A stretch of DNA of 64,000 nt, taken from a virus. The stretch spans positions 4,036-68,035 of IMG/VR virus record IMGVR_UViG_3300046001_005260. One strand, 5' to 3'. The notes beneath the pieces are model-generated. The model saw only the letters and a list, made by a program, of their open reading frames with translations. It was not told the origin of the DNA and searched no databases. Below are positions 27,445-35,358 of the stretch, one piece after another (within the stretch, counting starts at the first letter, position 1; every line of letters begins with the position of its first letter). Position numbers and translations under genes: made by a program.

Positions 27445-27920
27445 TGGATTTCAAAGGTGAATTTTTCCATTGCCGCGATGATTTCGCTTGCCTCATTGAG
27501 AGCGGTCCACTTGCGGCGGAACGTCTCAACATCGGACTTGCACTTCCGGAGGACTTGCGCCCGGTAATGCTCGCTTGTCATGGCGTTATGAGTGCTGACA
27601 TAGATTCCCCGCGTGCCTGCGTCTGGATCTTCATCAGCGCATTCCCGGCGCTCTGGCGTGACGTTGACGAATGCCCGAACCTGCACGGTTTTTTCATCCG
27701 CAGTTTGGTAAGTTACCTTGATTCTGCGAATGAGGCAGGCGGCTTGAACGAGTCGGTATTGAGCGGCAGCTTTCGAGTTGTCCCACTGGAAAAAGCGGTG
27801 CAGCGGAGAGGTTTTCGCCTTTGCCGCTTCCAGCACGATTTCCGGCGTGAGTTGCCCGTGTTTTTCTGCGAGTTCGCGGATTGCGTCTGATGCTTTCGGT
27901 TTGTTTTCTATGTCAGTCAT
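27441..27920 (-). CDS. Conserved phage protein; candidate partner of the Cas7-like gene
   Basis: LTPE.V..A....SPLH..F.WD...AA..YRL.QA..LIR motif; directly after the downstream array. Confidence 0.75.
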   Translation of the reverse strand: MTDIENKPKASDAIRELAEKHGQLTPEIVLEAAKAKTSPLHRFFQWDNSKAAAQYRLVQAACLIRRIKVTYQTADEKTVQVRAFVNVTPERRECADEDPDAGTRGIYVSTHNAMTSEHYRAQVLRKCKSDVETFRRKWTALNEASEIIAAMEKFTFEIQ

Positions 27921-27948
27921 TGTTTTGTTTGGTTTGTGTTGGATGGGT

Positions 27949-28106
27949 GATTTATACCGCTCTCCCGTGCGGTTTGTGCCTGCGATGCCCTGCCACGCCC
28001 CGCCCCGCCCCGCCATTCCCAGCCTGCGATGCCTGGCCAATCCCGGCCCCGCCTTGCCGTTCCTGCGGTGCTGAGCCCTGCCTTGCCGGTCCATGCCGGG
28101 CCTGCG
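27949..28106 (-). ncRNA. Downstream GGH-NN pentamer array (three guide-like units plus terminal hairpin)
   Basis: CGCA-(GGCCC GGCAT GGACC GGCAA GGCAG GGCTC AGCAC)-CGCA-(7 periods)-CGCA-(8 periods)-CGCA GGCAC, then hairpin ACCGC/GCGGT and ATAAATC. Confidence 0.8.
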
Positions 28107-28164
28107 AAGGCTGGCAAAACATCGGCTTGGCTGGCGTTTGGCATTGGCTTGCGGTTGGTGAGTG

Positions 28165-28797
28165 TTAGGCCAGCTTGAAGGTTCCCCATCCCATCCCGGC
28201 GCTCATCTTGCTATCCGGCCTGCCTTCTCCGATCCCGACTTGCGCCCCGACTCGCGTCATAAGGTTTGCCGCGTCAGTCGCCGTGAATTGATCCGCATCG
28301 TATTGCACTCGCACGGTTGCCGACCATGGCCAGAACTTCGCACGAACCCGCAAGTCACAAACTCCGGTCGCGTTGCGAGCGTGCATCAGGTGGGATTCAG
28401 GCTCGCCTTCGATCTTGATTAGCGGCACGCCGTCCACCTTGTCAAACCCGTCTGGAAGGATGAAAACCGACAGCTTGGCCAGCGTCATCTTGAATCCAAC
28501 CAATCGACAAGCTGAAATCATAGCATTGCGAAATGCTGCCGCCGGTATGCCGTTCCATCCTTCATCGGATAGATGCTGCGCGCCGATGAAATCCGCGTGG
28601 AAATCCCGAGCTTCTTTCGCCTTTTTCTTGTTGGCTTGACTCCCTGCTTCGTGCTTGTCACGCATGGCGTTGATTGCCTTTTCGGAAAACCGCAACTGGA
28701 TATAAGGCGCGGTGCCGACGATTTGAAACTCCGCCGTATGGATGCGCGGTGCTGTGATGGATACGTTTTCGATTTGTTGCTTTTCTTTCGTGCTCAT
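28165..28797 (-). CDS. Stand-alone Cas7/RAMP-like protein
   Basis: First strand FQIVGTAPY; GIPAAAFRNAM (compare IPGSSLKGAL of Cas7-group RAMPs); C-terminal Gly-rich loop GIGEGRP...GMGWGTF. Confidence 0.7.
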   Translation of the reverse strand: MSTKEKQQIENVSITAPRIHTAEFQIVGTAPYIQLRFSEKAINAMRDKHEAGSQANKKKAKEARDFHADFIGAQHLSDEGWNGIPAAAFRNAMISACRLVGFKMTLAKLSVFILPDGFDKVDGVPLIKIEGEPESHLMHARNATGVCDLRVRAKFWPWSATVRVQYDADQFTATDAANLMTRVGAQVGIGEGRPDSKMSAGMGWGTFKLA

Positions 28798-28842
28798 GTT
28801 TGTATTTGGTTGGTGTTTTGTTTTGTCTGGGAGAATGCGGCG

Positions 28843-28999
28843 GATTTTATACCCCGGCCCGCCAACCGGATTTTGCTATGCCCGGCCCGGACCTGCCCTG
28901 CCATGCCTCGCCTGCGATGCCTTGTCTGGCCGTAGCTTGCCAAGTATCGCGATTCCTGCGGTGCCTTTATATGCCTCGCCTCGCCTAGCGATTCCTGCG
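28843..28999 (-). ncRNA. Upstream GGH-NN pentamer array (three guide-like units plus terminal hairpin)
   Basis: CGCA-delimited units of 7, 8 and 8 pentamers, then hairpin CCGGTT/GGCCGG and GGTATAAAATC. Confidence 0.75.
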
Positions 29000-29106
29000 G
29001 TGGCGGTCATGGTTTGGTATTGGTGAGAAAAACTGGCTTCTCTTTTTCACTGAGCCTGTCTAGGACCGGATTTAATGCCCGACGTCACCGGGCAGCCAGT
29101 GGGGGA

Positions 29107-29283
29107 TTATTTCGCGGCGATGGCGAGGAGTCGGAAAGTCTCGTTGATCTCGGCTGCGGCTTCTTTTGGCGAAACCTCGCCACGGTGGCAAGATGCCGCG
29201 AGCCGTTGGGTTGCCGCGTAGGCGATGCCCAGGGCGGTTGCTAGTTCGGTGATGCGGTCGATTGTGATGGTGTCTGCGGTCAT
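29107..29283 (-). CDS. 58-aa helical hypothetical protein (not in the ORF track)
   Basis: MTADTITIDRITELATALG...LLAIAAK after an AACC-rich leader. Confidence 0.65.
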   Translation of the reverse strand: MTADTITIDRITELATALGIAYAATQRLAASCHRGEVSPKEAAAEINETFRLLAIAAK

Positions 29284-29304
29284 TGGTTGGTGGTGGTTGA
29301 GGTT

Positions 29305-29321
29305 GCCGGGGTCGAACCGGC
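29305..29321 (-). ncRNA. tRNA T-arm-like hairpin
   Basis: GCCGG-TTCGACC-CCGGC, after the stop codon of 29330-29548. Confidence 0.6.
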
Positions 29322-29329
29322 GGGATTGG

Positions 29330-29548
29330 TTAGGCGATAGCGCGAAAGATTGGACACATTGAATATTTGCCCATCGCGTAAATGAATTCGCTGTCTCCGT
29401 CGTTCATGACCTTGACGCGCTTCGTGTTGCCTTGGACTTTCACGGTGGCGAATGATCCTTTGCGCTCAATCACTTGCGCGGTGAATACGCATTCATGGTC
29501 GCAAATGCTGCGAGCTTTCAGAGTTTGGCCGGATTTGATCGTTGTCAT
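29330..29548 (-). CDS. Small beta-rich early protein (first gene of operon)
   Basis: 72-aa ORF directly after a promoter. Confidence 0.75.
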   Translation of the reverse strand: MTTIKSGQTLKARSICDHECVFTAQVIERKGSFATVKVQGNTKRVKVMNDGDSEFIYAMGKYSMCPIFRAIA

Positions 29549-29586
29549 TTGATTTGGTTGGTTGCGTTGCGACTGGCAACGGCGTC

Positions 29587-29614
29587 AATTTAAGAAATTC
29601 CCGCGACTTCGCAA
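29587..29614 (-). promoter_or_regulatory. Early sigma70-like promoter heading the operon that contains the Cas7-like locus
   Basis: TTGCGA-N16-TAAATT with an AT-rich upstream element. Confidence 0.6.
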
Positions 29615-29688
29615 GAAAAATCTTTCTTATCGGAAATTTATTTTTGTTTTCCTGATACCTACAATGGAAAACGATACCCGGGAAAGGC

Positions 29689-29724
29689 AAAAAACCCGCC
29701 CCCGAACGTTCCGGAGACGGGTTT
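29689..29724 (-). terminator. Intrinsic terminator of the recombination operon
   Basis: AAACCCG...CGGGTTTTTT hairpin on the minus strand. Confidence 0.75.
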
Positions 29725-29742
29725 GGTGGTCTTGTTTGACGG

Positions 29743-30066
29743 TTATTTGACGGTTGTTTGATTGTGGCTTGCGAGCCATAACCCGGCTTTGGCTCTCGCA
29801 TTTTGCCCCCTGATTGTGACTAGCTTCGGATGGTTTTCCGCCACCTTGTCGGCATAGTTAGCAAGGCAAAATATGATTTTCGCAGCTTCGTCAATTTCCG
29901 AGTTTAGTTCGGCAACGCAGCGGTTGCCGTATTCAATCGCATAATTAAGCTTGGGCTCTAAGTCGCGTGAGAAATCGGACTGCAGGAAGTCGTCCCAGTC
30001 GCCTCCGCTCGCCATCTCTTTGACTTTGGCGTCTGTTTCTGGGGTTGGTCGATCTTCTAGTCTCAT
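29743..30066 (-). CDS. Hypothetical protein with TPETD N-terminal motif
   Basis: Motif shared with 22876-23127 and 32706-33065. Confidence 0.6.
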   Translation of the reverse strand: MRLEDRPTPETDAKVKEMASGGDWDDFLQSDFSRDLEPKLNYAIEYGNRCVAELNSEIDEAAKIIFCLANYADKVAENHPKLVTIRGQNARAKAGLWLASHNQTTVK

Positions 30067-30078
30067 GGCTTTGATTGG

Positions 30079-31017
30079 TTACGCATCAAACACGTCGTCC
30101 GCTGGCTTGGCTTCTACCGCATGTTCCGGTTCCGCTGGCGTATCGGTCGCTGGAGACGCCTTGCGCGCCCGTGTGGACGTCGTGGCGGCATTTGGCGGGG
30201 CGTCCAAGATGTCCGACGCTTCGCGCTCCGGCTTGGCTCCGCCGAACCAGTCGCCAGCTTTTGACATGCCGGATTTCAACGAGTTGAAAATCCCTTGCAG
30301 GTCGGCAATCTCATCGGGCAAGATGGTATCCAGCGAATGCGCTAAACGAGCCTCGATCATCGCGGCCGTCACGCCGAATTTGCCGAACGCCTTAATCATC
30401 TTCCGCGCCCGGTCCGCAATCGGCTCGTCATTGCCTCCGGCGAGCGTCCGGCGGCATTCGCTTAACGCAGCCTCCACGATGTCGGGCGGCAGGATGGACA
30501 GGATGCGAGCGCGCAACCTCCGCGCGCCCTGGTTGGCGGTGAGTTCGTAAATGTCGCGCTCGTCCTTCAACTCAATCCCTCCGCCCTTGGTATCGCGAAT
30601 GTGGCGAACGCTGAATTTCTGAGAGCTTGACGTGTTGGTTTCCAAGTCCCAAGCGTAAGCCTCCATTTCGCTCAACCCGTCCCGCCGCGATAGCTCCCGA
30701 ATGCCGTAGTCGATGTTGCCCCATACCCGCGCCAATTCCTCGGCAAGTCGGATGGATGGACCCGACACGGTTTGCCCGCCGCGTGGGAATGAATATGTGG
30801 CTTCTTCCGCCAGTCCGACCCGCTTGCATGAGTCGATGATTTTCGAGTAAGCGCGCGCCTCGTTTCGCGGGAATCGCTTGGCGATTACCAACTTGCCTTG
30901 AGCCTCCGCGACTGCCCGCGATGATTCGATTTCGACGGTCCCGGCGTTGACGTGTTCCGACAAGCTGCGGGCGAATGGATTGACCAGCGAGGTCGTGGTG
31001 GTTAATTCTGTGTTCAT
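30079..31017 (-). CDS. Putative ssDNA-annealing / recombination protein
   Basis: AKRFPR, YSFPRGG..V.GPSIRLAE and WGNI motifs; close to the exonuclease gene; disordered acidic tail. Confidence 0.6.
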   Translation of the reverse strand: MNTELTTTTSLVNPFARSLSEHVNAGTVEIESSRAVAEAQGKLVIAKRFPRNEARAYSKIIDSCKRVGLAEEATYSFPRGGQTVSGPSIRLAEELARVWGNIDYGIRELSRRDGLSEMEAYAWDLETNTSSSQKFSVRHIRDTKGGGIELKDERDIYELTANQGARRLRARILSILPPDIVEAALSECRRTLAGGNDEPIADRARKMIKAFGKFGVTAAMIEARLAHSLDTILPDEIADLQGIFNSLKSGMSKAGDWFGGAKPEREASDILDAPPNAATTSTRARKASPATDTPAEPEHAVEAKPADDVFDA

Positions 31018-31023
31018 GGTTGG

Positions 31024-31509
31024 TTAGTATGTTCGGTGTGGATTCTTGCGGACTTCGACCAGCGCCGCCGATAGGTCAAGCGAGGCGCGCTTCATGGCAG
31101 ATCGCTTACGGCATGGCCCGCTCTCGTTTTTGTTTTGGATTGCTTTCCTTGCCAGAGAAACAAACCTCTCAGCTTGTGATATGGCTTCTTTTACTGCGGT
31201 AAACTCGATGAGTGTCATGGTTTGTTATTGTTCGGATTCTAGGATTTCTCGGACGCGGATATGCTTGCGTGTTCCCATTCCGCTGCTTTGAAATAGTTCG
31301 CCATCATCAAGCCACATTCTCCACTCCCTCGGCTTTGGCGGTTCGGGCTTGCGGCGGTATTCGGCGCATGTTCTCCACTCTGGATGCGAATCCATCTTTC
31401 GCCAGTTTTTAGCTTCGTTCATTTTTGATTCCCACCGTTCCCACGGCGTCTCCGTTGTCATTGCATCCTTGGCGTATTCCGCCATCAATTCAGCGTGTTT
31501 GTGTTTCAT
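31024..31509 (-). CDS. Two small hypothetical proteins (31024-31218, 31225-31509)
   Basis: ORFs with A/C-rich leaders. Confidence 0.6.
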
Positions 31510-31526
31510 GTTTGGTTGGTGTTTTG

Positions 31527-32360
31527 TTAAGCCCATTTGGGCAGGTCTATTTCGGTTACTCCGCGCGTTAAACCCGGCCACTCGCCGGTTTCAAGACACC
31601 GCGCGTAGGTGTCGAGATCACGTTGATATTCCATCCGACCGCGCATTATCATCGCGTCGGTGGCTACATAGCAAGCGGATAGATAAGGAGGATCCTTCTC
31701 AATCGCTAAGAACATAAATCCACGCGGCATTTCTCCAAACGCCTCCGCGTATCCGTCGCTGTAAAACGCCGCCTGGACGTGGTAGCGAAACGCGGCTATT
31801 GACTTAGCGAACGGATCCGGCGCGGCGTCTCTGGTGGTTTTCAGGTCAAGGATCGCACCGCTGGTTAGAATCGCGTCTGGCCGGCACCGGCATTCTATGT
31901 CGTTTGACTTCCAGAAAATCGACGTTTCGGCGAGTTCGATTTGCGAAAGTGCCTTGCGTGCTATCGGATCGGCCCATGCGGCGTCACGGGTTGCGAGGAG
32001 TTCCGCGTGTTCATCAATCGTGATTGGTTCACGGTCGATCACCGCTGCGTCGAATGCCTGCCACCACGCAATCGCTTCAAGGGTTGCTGTGGATGGTTTC
32101 TTGGCTTCTCTCTGCTTCTTGGTCGGCCTGCTTGGCGCGTCATCAGGGATAATTATCACGCTGTCAGCGAACTTGTCCGGCTCCAAAATCGCCGTATGCA
32201 CCAAGCTGCCCCATCGCATCGCATCCGTGCGCGGCGTCGGGTTGTCGCGCCGGTAACGGTAAAGCGCCGGAGCGCGGGCGATTAGGTCTAGACCGGATTT
32301 CGAGATTGACGGGTTGGCGTGGTAGTCGGGGTTTGATATGTTTGGGTGGATGGTTGTCAT
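31527..32360 (-). CDS. PD-(D/E)XK exonuclease (RecE/ExoVIII C-terminal, DUF3799-like)
   Basis: YH....ISKSGL, GSLVH..ILEP, CRCRPD....DLKTT and YHVQAAFY motifs. Confidence 0.88.
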   Translation of the reverse strand: MTTIHPNISNPDYHANPSISKSGLDLIARAPALYRYRRDNPTPRTDAMRWGSLVHTAILEPDKFADSVIIIPDDAPSRPTKKQREAKKPSTATLEAIAWWQAFDAAVIDREPITIDEHAELLATRDAAWADPIARKALSQIELAETSIFWKSNDIECRCRPDAILTSGAILDLKTTRDAAPDPFAKSIAAFRYHVQAAFYSDGYAEAFGEMPRGFMFLAIEKDPPYLSACYVATDAMIMRGRMEYQRDLDTYARCLETGEWPGLTRGVTEIDLPKWA

Positions 32361-33580
32361 GGTTGGTTGATGTCGTAAGTTTCATTTTCAAAAAGACAAT
32401 CGCAACATATGGGCGTTCCATCGTCGTCAAAAACAACGTCGCGGTCATCACCGCAAACTGCGCACACAATTTTTTCTTCCGGGTCATTCATGGTTGCTCC
32501 TCCTTCCACTCTATAACGTCGTTGAAATCCGCAACCGCAATCGAGCATTTCGATCCGTCGTGTTTCGCGCCATCCGGCGAATCAACCCCTTGGCACCATA
32601 GATGCTCGTCCGTGGCGTCAAGCACTCGAAACGCTGGCCAGTCGCTCCCGGCTTCGTATGCCTTGGTGGTCCAAAGCACGATGATTCGTTTTCCGATTAG
32701 GTTTTTCATGGTTGGTTTCCTTTCGCTTTGCGTTCCCATTCCAGCGCGTCAGCTTGCCAGTTCGCCGCGTCTTTCGCTGCAATGACAAGGGCGGCTTTCA
32801 GCGTGGCGATTCGTTCGTTGGCGGCGGCGAGATCACTTTCAAGATCATGCCCAGCTTTCATAAGCCATGCGTTTTTCTCAATCTCGTCATGCAACAATCT
32901 TGTCCTTTCGGATGCGATGTTGGTTTCGCTTTTGAGCGTGTCCTTGAGCTTGTCGCGCTGCCTTTCCATGCCCCGCAATGCTGCCGCTAACTTTCTGACT
33001 GCAACGTCTCTCGGTTCGTGCGCAACCGATGCTAGTTGACCGTCTGTTTCGGGTGTGTCGCTCATGGCTTGCCTCCGATCCGGTAGGCGATTATGTCGCC
33101 TGGGTCTTCCTCTGTGTCATAAGTCCAATCCCAAGCGGCGAGGTCTGACCCGAATCCGCTGATGAAGCCGTCGCGCATTTTCACAGCTCCGGGAGTTCCT
33201 TTCGCGACTGGACATTCCCCGCCGTTCCATTCGATCCACTCCGGTTCCGCGTGCGGATTGCATCGCGGGCATGGCGTATTCATTACGTCATCATCCGGTT
33301 CTTTCCCGGCGATCATTCCGCAACCTCCGCAGTATTCGCAGCGTTGCTCCGCTGACTTTCTGGCGGCTATCATGGCGTCAGCAATCAAATATGCTCGCTC
33401 TCCAACTGCGTGATTGCACGGTCCCTTGCTGTAATTGTGAACGATTCCCATGGATTGCAAAGCCATCCCGGCGAACCAGTCGCGGAGGCTCATGCCCTGC
33501 AAATAATATCCCATGCGAACCGGGAACGCTGCCCCGCCGTCGTCAATGCGCGATTCCGCGCTGTGTTTTTCTTGTGTCAT
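32357..33580 (-). CDS. Four small early genes (32357-32491, 32488-32709, 32706-33065, 33062-33580)
   Basis: ATGA-coupled; the last has GG.AFP..GMSLRDWFAG and WIEWNGGECPV..DIIAYR phage motifs. Confidence 0.7.
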
Positions 33581-33683
33581 GTTGTGTTTGGTTGGTGAAA
33601 ATGCCGTCCGGTTGTGTGGCTGGCGCTCTCAGGATTTGCCGTCACTTAAGAGCGCCAGCGGGTCACCAACCAGATGACGAGCG

Positions 33684-33712
33684 AAATTTGCCCGATTTCT
33701 GGCGGTTGGCAA
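33684..33712 (-). promoter_or_regulatory. Early sigma70-like promoter with hairpin leader
   Basis: TTGCCA-N17-AAATTT; 11-bp stem GCTGGCGCTCT/AGAGCGCCAGC downstream. Confidence 0.55.
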
Positions 33713-33715
33713 GAA

Positions 33716-34414
33716 TTATTTTCTAGCGGTTATGGAAACAAGCTCGCGCATCCGGTTTGCAATCTGCTTTTCGCGGTTGATCCAACCAAGCTCCGGTGAG
33801 TTTCCAACGGTTAGAACGTCAAACCGTCTCGCAAAATCATCCGCGTCCGCATCCCATGGCAGCGAGGAAAACGGCCCGATTCCGGCAAGAAATTTACGTT
33901 CTGCAATCCATCCAAACTCTGCCGCCATTCGGTGAATCGTCAAATCCTCCGGCGCTGTCGGGTCAAGCTCTCCGGCGTCTAACGTGTCCGCTATCCGCTC
34001 GGCTGCGTCGCCGCTGATTCTGTATGCCATTCCGTATCCGCCAGGTCTATCGTCTGGACAGGTGAGCGCAACCAGCGCCGCGTCAGGGTCCGACATGAAC
34101 AGTCCCGCTCGCAGAATCACGGTGTCAACGTCCAGCTTGACCGCGTGTCCGTCAAACATGGCGGATGCAATCGCCAAGAATCGGCAAATGCCAGCGGCGC
34201 AATCCGTCCCGTTCAAGTTTCCCCGGCGCGGGAATGAAGACCGCCACAAGCGAACCTCGCGCCGTTCTAGCCATCCTCTGACATGCGCTGGCAATGGCGC
34301 GGCGACGTCTTCAATCACGATTGGCACCAATCCGGATTTTTGCGCTCCCATGACGCACCACGGCACGGCGGCAGCGTCGCCCCCGTAAGTGAAAATCACG
34401 GCTGGCAAAGTCAT
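33716..34414 (-). CDS. Glycosyltransferase-like protein (GT-A)
   Basis: VIFTY N-terminal strand, KLDVDT DxD motif, PED motif. Confidence 0.5.
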   Translation of the reverse strand: MTLPAVIFTYGGDAAAVPWCVMGAQKSGLVPIVIEDVAAPLPAHVRGWLERREVRLWRSSFPRRGNLNGTDCAAGICRFLAIASAMFDGHAVKLDVDTVILRAGLFMSDPDAALVALTCPDDRPGGYGMAYRISGDAAERIADTLDAGELDPTAPEDLTIHRMAAEFGWIAERKFLAGIGPFSSLPWDADADDFARRFDVLTVGNSPELGWINREKQIANRMRELVSITARK

Positions 34415-35358
34415 GGCCAAAGCACGGTCCCTGAATGCACTTGCTCGGGGGCATTCGCGCCATCGCAGTAGGCTATCGGGAAGGAATAGAGCGGGTCGGA
34501 CGGCGTCGGCAACGTGGCAGCGAAATGCGGCCCGGTGGCAGCGGTCAGCGTCCCGTCCGTGTCTTCGATTTCCAAGTAAACCCACCCGGCTTGCGGCACT
34601 ACCCGCGCAAGCGTCACAAATGCCCGCCATGGCTCTCCGCCGTTGAAATCCGTCTTTCCGTCCGCATTGGCTTCGTAAAGCCCGCTTGGGTCGTTTGTCG
34701 GACCTGCTGCCCGCTCTGCCATGGCGTCTCCCAAATATAGCAGTTGCGCGGTCCCATCGCTGGCAATTTCAACGGTCCAATCTGCGCTCGCGTCGCTGGT
34801 CCAAACGGTTTCCGACGTTGCGGAGAACACGCCGTCTTGCGCGGTTCCTGCCGAAATCGAAACATCGGCGTCGGGCAGGTCGTTAGGCGTTGCGCTCTCG
34901 GCTGCAACCACGATGGAAAACGCCGCCCCGCCGTTGTAGGTGGTTTGCCCGTATGCGGTTGAGGAATAGCTTCCGATTGGTGACGCTCCGGCAAGCGTGG
35001 CGATTATGTCTGTCGAGTCTGCAATCTCATATTGCCCGGTTCCAAGCGTGAGCAAGAAAGGTGTGTTTGCGTTGGAATAGATGCCGGTGAACTGCGGGAC
35101 ATAGAACCCGGTTGGAACGAGCGTGCTTGTGACTGTGCCGGATGCAACCAGATTCCGCCCGCTGCCGCCGATAAACCGCGTCCCGCGTCGCTGCGTGGCA
35201 GGCCAGAGATTCCCTTGCGCTGCCTCTTGCTGGTCCCCTTCAATCAGCGAACTACCGCCAACCGATAGAGCCGTTCCGGTCTTCGTTTGGATGATCCACC
35301 CGCCAACGGCAAGGAGGTTGCCGAATGGGTCAGATGAAATCTGAAATTGCGCTGTCAT
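34411..35358 (-). CDS. Tail/baseplate structural protein
   Basis: Ser/Thr/Gly-rich beta protein with an internal duplicated segment, at the end of the tail operon. Confidence 0.55.
   Translation of the reverse strand: MTAQFQISSDPFGNLLAVGGWIIQTKTGTALSVGGSSLIEGDQQEAAQGNLWPATQRRGTRFIGGSGRNLVASGTVTSTLVPTGFYVPQFTGIYSNANTPFLLTLGTGQYEIADSTDIIATLAGASPIGSYSSTAYGQTTYNGGAAFSIVVAAESATPNDLPDADVSISAGTAQDGVFSATSETVWTSDASADWTVEIASDGTAQLLYLGDAMAERAAGPTNDPSGLYEANADGKTDFNGGEPWRAFVTLARVVPQAGWVYLEIEDTDGTLTAATGPHFAATLPTPSDPLYSFPIAYCDGANAPEQVHSGTVLWP

Larger units (their letters stand above)
1..33600 (-). mobile_element. Phage A genome, partial (left end truncated; right boundary uncertain)
   Basis: Terminase-lysis-portal-capsid-tail gene run preceded by replication, recombination and early genes, all on the minus strand. 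Confidence 0.9.

Noticed and set aside
28137-28147. Gapped match CC.AT.CC.AA to guide D1 in its own leader
   Set aside because: Only 4 of 6-7 dinucleotides match, in an A/C-rich tract; insufficient as a target without statistics.
27917-28189. ORFs across the downstream array (27917-28189 and the 5' extension of 27441-28094)
   Set aside because: Their G/R/A/W low-complexity translation is a by-product of the 5-nt DNA period, which is not a multiple of 3; the real partner gene starts at 27920.
27949-28999. Canonical CRISPR array
   Set aside because: No 23-47-nt identical repeats with unique spacers and no cas1/cas2; constant and variable bases alternate every 5 nt instead.
29048-29101. Possible pistol or twister ribozyme (hairpin followed by TTAAAT)
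   Set aside because: The required pseudoknot partner and catalytic core residues could not be found.
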